This document shows, piece by piece, positions 5,985 through 6,912 of a DNA stretch of 6,912 nt. The translations under genes and the position numbers were made by a program. Where the stretch lies: NCBI GenBank assembly GCA_023480925.1, contig JAMCWY010000014.1, positions 1 to 6,912 of the forward strand. The letters run 5' to 3'. How positions within the stretch are numbered: the stretch's first letter is position 1; every line of letters starts with the position of its first letter. The stretch comes from Patescibacteria group bacterium (lineage in GTDB: Bacteria; Patescibacteriota; Minisyncoccia; UBA6257; HR35). The notes under the pieces are model-generated. The model was not told where the DNA came from and did no database searches. It saw nothing but the letters and a program-made list of their open reading frames with translations.

Positions 5985-6912
5985 ATGAAATTTCGGGTTA
6001 AAGATTTAAATAATTATTTAAGTTCAAAAAAAATTAATTGGCAGAAAATGGCCGAGAGTTTGACCTTAAAAACATTCGAGGCCGATTTTGACGGTCGGAC
6101 GCTTGATCTTGATATTTTGCCCAACCTTTACCCCAGCCATAGTTCTTTTAACGGTTTGGCCAAAGAGATCAGTCTTTTAAGTAACGTTAAAACAAAATTT
6201 CTTAATAAAAAAATCGGGGAAGGGAAGAAGAATATCAGCGATGTTGTCTCGGTTAAAATCGAAACAAAAAAATGTTTGAATTATTATGGCCGCGTTATTC
6301 TTAGTTTGAAAAATAAAAAATCGCCGGCTTGGCTCAAAACGTTTGTCGAATTCTACGGTTTTAACTCAATTAACTTTTTGGTCGATTTGTCTAATTTTGT
6401 CATGATTGAGTTCGGCGCGCCGCTCCATATTTTCGATTTGGATAAAATCGAACCAATCGAAGCGATTGAGCTAAAAAAATCAAAAAAAACAATTATTGTT
6501 CGCGAGGCAAAAGAAGCGGAAGATTTTTACGGTATCAACAAAAATCATTATCTTCTGCCGGATGGTTCAATCGCCATCGCCGATTCGAAAAAGATCATTG
6601 CTTTGGCCGGAATCCAAGGGGCGAAGAATGTCGAGGTCGATTTGACCACAAAAAATATCTTGATCGAGGCGGCCGTTTTCGCCAGTGGTCAAATTTATCA
6701 GACTTCAAGACGAATTGGTTTGAAAACCGAGGCTTCTTACCGATTCGAACGAAAGGTTGCCGCGATTAATTCGTTTAAAGCTCTGGAACGAATCGCTAGT
6801 TTAATCAAAGCGGAAATTGGCGGAGAAGTCTTAAGGGGCCGAATTGAATTTGGCCGGATCGAGGCGAAAAAAGTTTTTTTGAATTTTGAAAAATTAAATT
6901 CAGTTTTTGGGT
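5985..6912 (+). CDS. pheT: Phenylalanine--tRNA ligase beta subunit; N-terminal about 309 codons, with the 3' end beyond the right window edge
   Basis: Absent from the ORF track because there is no stop before the window end; I checked codon by codon and the frame is open. The ATG at 5985 is 11 nt after the pheS stop. MKFRVKDLNNYL... (compare E. coli MKFSELWLREWV). LDLDILPN....GLAKEIS (compare [20 protein letters not shown]). CLNYYGRVI (compare CPRYLGRVV). FLVDLSNFVMIEFGAPLHIFDLDKI (compare [24 protein letters not shown]). TEASYRFERKV (compare TDASHRYERGV). Confidence 0.9.
   Translation, partial: MKFRVKDLNNYLSSKKINWQKMAESLTLKTFEADFDGRTLDLDILPNLYPSHSSFNGLAKEISLLSNVKTKFLNKKIGEGKKNISDVVSVKIETKKCLNYYGRVILSLKNKKSPAWLKTFVEFYGFNSINFLVDLSNFVMIEFGAPLHIFDLDKIEPIEAIELKKSKKTIIVREAKEAEDFYGINKNHYLLPDGSIAIADSKKIIALAGIQGAKNVEVDLTTKNILIEAAVFASGQIYQTSRRIGLKTEASYRFERKVAAINSFKALERIASLIKAEIGGEVLRGRIEFGRIEAKKVFLNFEKLNSVFG

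Overview
The window is AT-leaning (about 40% GC by eye, not computed), gene-dense and bacterial. It reads as ordinary core genome. One gene lies on the minus strand: the 5' part of a membrane-anchored family-5 ABC substrate-binding protein (1-874, running off the left edge). A short AT-rich divergent promoter region follows. Next is a small pilin-like ORF that looks like part of a decayed gene (about 921-1350). After that comes a co-directional plus-strand run of housekeeping genes: cysS (1380-2765), dnaB (2886-4235), recR (4241-4840), pheS (4897-5973) and the 5' part of pheT (5985-6912, running off the right edge). The two edge-truncated genes are missing from the supplied ORF track; I found them by translating by hand. 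All other ORFs in the track are shadow ORFs inside these genes. I see no tRNA or rRNA genes, CRISPR array, transposase, integrase, defence or toxin-antitoxin genes, or long repeats. The genetic code looks standard: there are long ORFs without in-frame TGA, and the stops are TAA x3 and TAG x1. Several traits fit a small-genome uncultivated lineage such as CPR/Patescibacteria, but that is inference only. These traits are mostly weak or absent Shine-Dalgarno sequences, a trimmed PheT, a pilin-like remnant and an anchored SBP. I do not find convincing evidence of a novel biological system here. The most unusual items are the frame-hopping pilin-like remnant upstream of cysS, a PheT lacking the OB-fold tRNA-binding domain, a Lys-rich homopolymer-laden insertion in PheS, and a RecR with a degenerate helix-hairpin-helix.
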